In this document: positions 63,035-64,000 of the stretch, piece after piece
Position numbering within the stretch: the stretch's first letter is position 1
Layout: each line of letters starts with the position of its first letter
From: Octopus sinensis
Lineage: Eukaryota
Reading direction: 5' to 3'
Assembly: GCF_006345805.1 (NCBI RefSeq)
Contig: NC_042997.1
Location: 166,718,001 to 166,782,000 of the forward strand
DNA: 64,000 nucleotides
The notes under the pieces: generated by a model
Seen by the model: the letters and a program-made list of their open reading frames with translations, nothing else
Told to the model about the DNA's origin: nothing
Database searches by the model: none
Program-made: the position numbers and the translations under genes

Positions 63035-63320
63035 TTTTGTGGTTATATGGACATCTGCTTGTTTCTCGCATTATGAGGGACAAGCGCTTGCGCTTTGCCG
63101 GACATTGCTGGCGAACTAAACAAGAGTTGGCAAATGACCTGCTGCTGTTGATACTAAAGCATGGCCGTATTTGAGCTGGTCATCCGAATACAACGTATGT
63201 AGATCAACTCGCCGGAGACACAGGATGCTTCTCCGTAGACCTCCCTCAACTAATGCTGGACCGAGATGGATGGCCTATGAAGGTTAGAAATGTCAGAGCA
63301 AGGTCGACCAGATGGTAGTT
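63035..63320 (+). mobile_element. RTE-type LINE 3' fragment
   Basis: LYGHLLVSRIMRDKRLRFAGHCWR...TTYVDQL..DTG...M.DRDGW is a typical RTE C-terminus. Confidence 0.75.
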
Positions 63321-63336
63321 ATGACGATGATAATAT

Positions 63337-63414
<78 letters not shown>

Positions 63415-64000
63415 TATGAATCTTGCATGCATGAAGTGGATTCGATCCACCATAGCCAAATTTAAATTAACACTGCAACAGAACTTTTCCCTCTGACAGC
63501 AGTTTTACATTTTCCAGATGCCTTTAGCTAGGCTGAAATAATGTCTTCACCACTTGACCCTTTCTAACTTCTTCTACTTCACCAAAAGCTACAATAGATA
63601 ACAAGACCACCAACTAAATCTATTGTTCTCAATGATATATCTATCCTTCTGGATCTTTATATAAGCAAGCACACCTCCAAGCAAAAATCAGTTAGTCACC
63701 AGCCGGTGACAACTCAGTGACAACGTAGTCTGGCTGAGCAGCTAGAACCTTGGTCAGAGGGAGAAATGAAATTTACTGTCAGCAACTTGAGACAATACCC
63801 TACAATTCTCTCTAGCTCTAATTCTGTTCTCTTACAACAACATTCTATCGCTATCTGTGGACTACTATTAACTATTCGTATACGCCGAACTATGTAAAGA
63901 GATATTCTACCGCATCTAACTTTCTCTCGCATGCTTTTGGATTGAACATAACCTGCCCGTCGAGGCAAGGTATTTGTAACGTAACGGAAAATAAATATTT

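Noticed and set aside
63430-64000. Open frames near the window end
   Set aside because: Interrupted by stops and no recognisable motif.

Overview
Eukaryotic, AT-rich, repeat-dominated DNA with no host protein-coding gene that I can recognise. The SINE families and the very dense AC/AT/AAT/GATA microsatellites suggest an octopus (coleoid cephalopod) genome; this is inferred from recalled repeat families, not from a search. Most ORFs in the supplied track are microsatellite translations. The real coding signal is all transposon-derived. It comprises a near full-length but frameshifted R4/Dong-like non-LTR retrotransposon (RT plus restriction-like endonuclease, 47461-51478) with three further fragments, three of the four copies adjoining AAT-type repeats; HERO-like, L1/Tx1-like, RTE-like and Penelope-like remnants; a decayed mariner; and piggyBac and Chapaev3-like remnants. 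Non-autonomous elements include Mutator-like (9-bp TSD), hAT (8-bp TSD), Tc1/pogo-like, Helitron-like and a possible Ginger-like element (4-bp TSD), plus four SINE families that I label A-D. The most unusual features are: (1) a 429-bp near-perfect palindrome in a TA repeat whose arms each carry a complete minimal hammerhead-ribozyme motif with a U3-A8 covariation; (2) SINE-A concatemers enclosed by a single TSD, with a recurrent GGTATTT junction; (3) a cryptic 49-bp tandem array whose phase is preserved across a SINE insertion; (4) a tandem duplication bracketing a one-ended mariner; and (5) a SINE flanked by ~230-250-bp direct repeats. All identities were read by eye. Boundaries of degenerate remnants are approximate.
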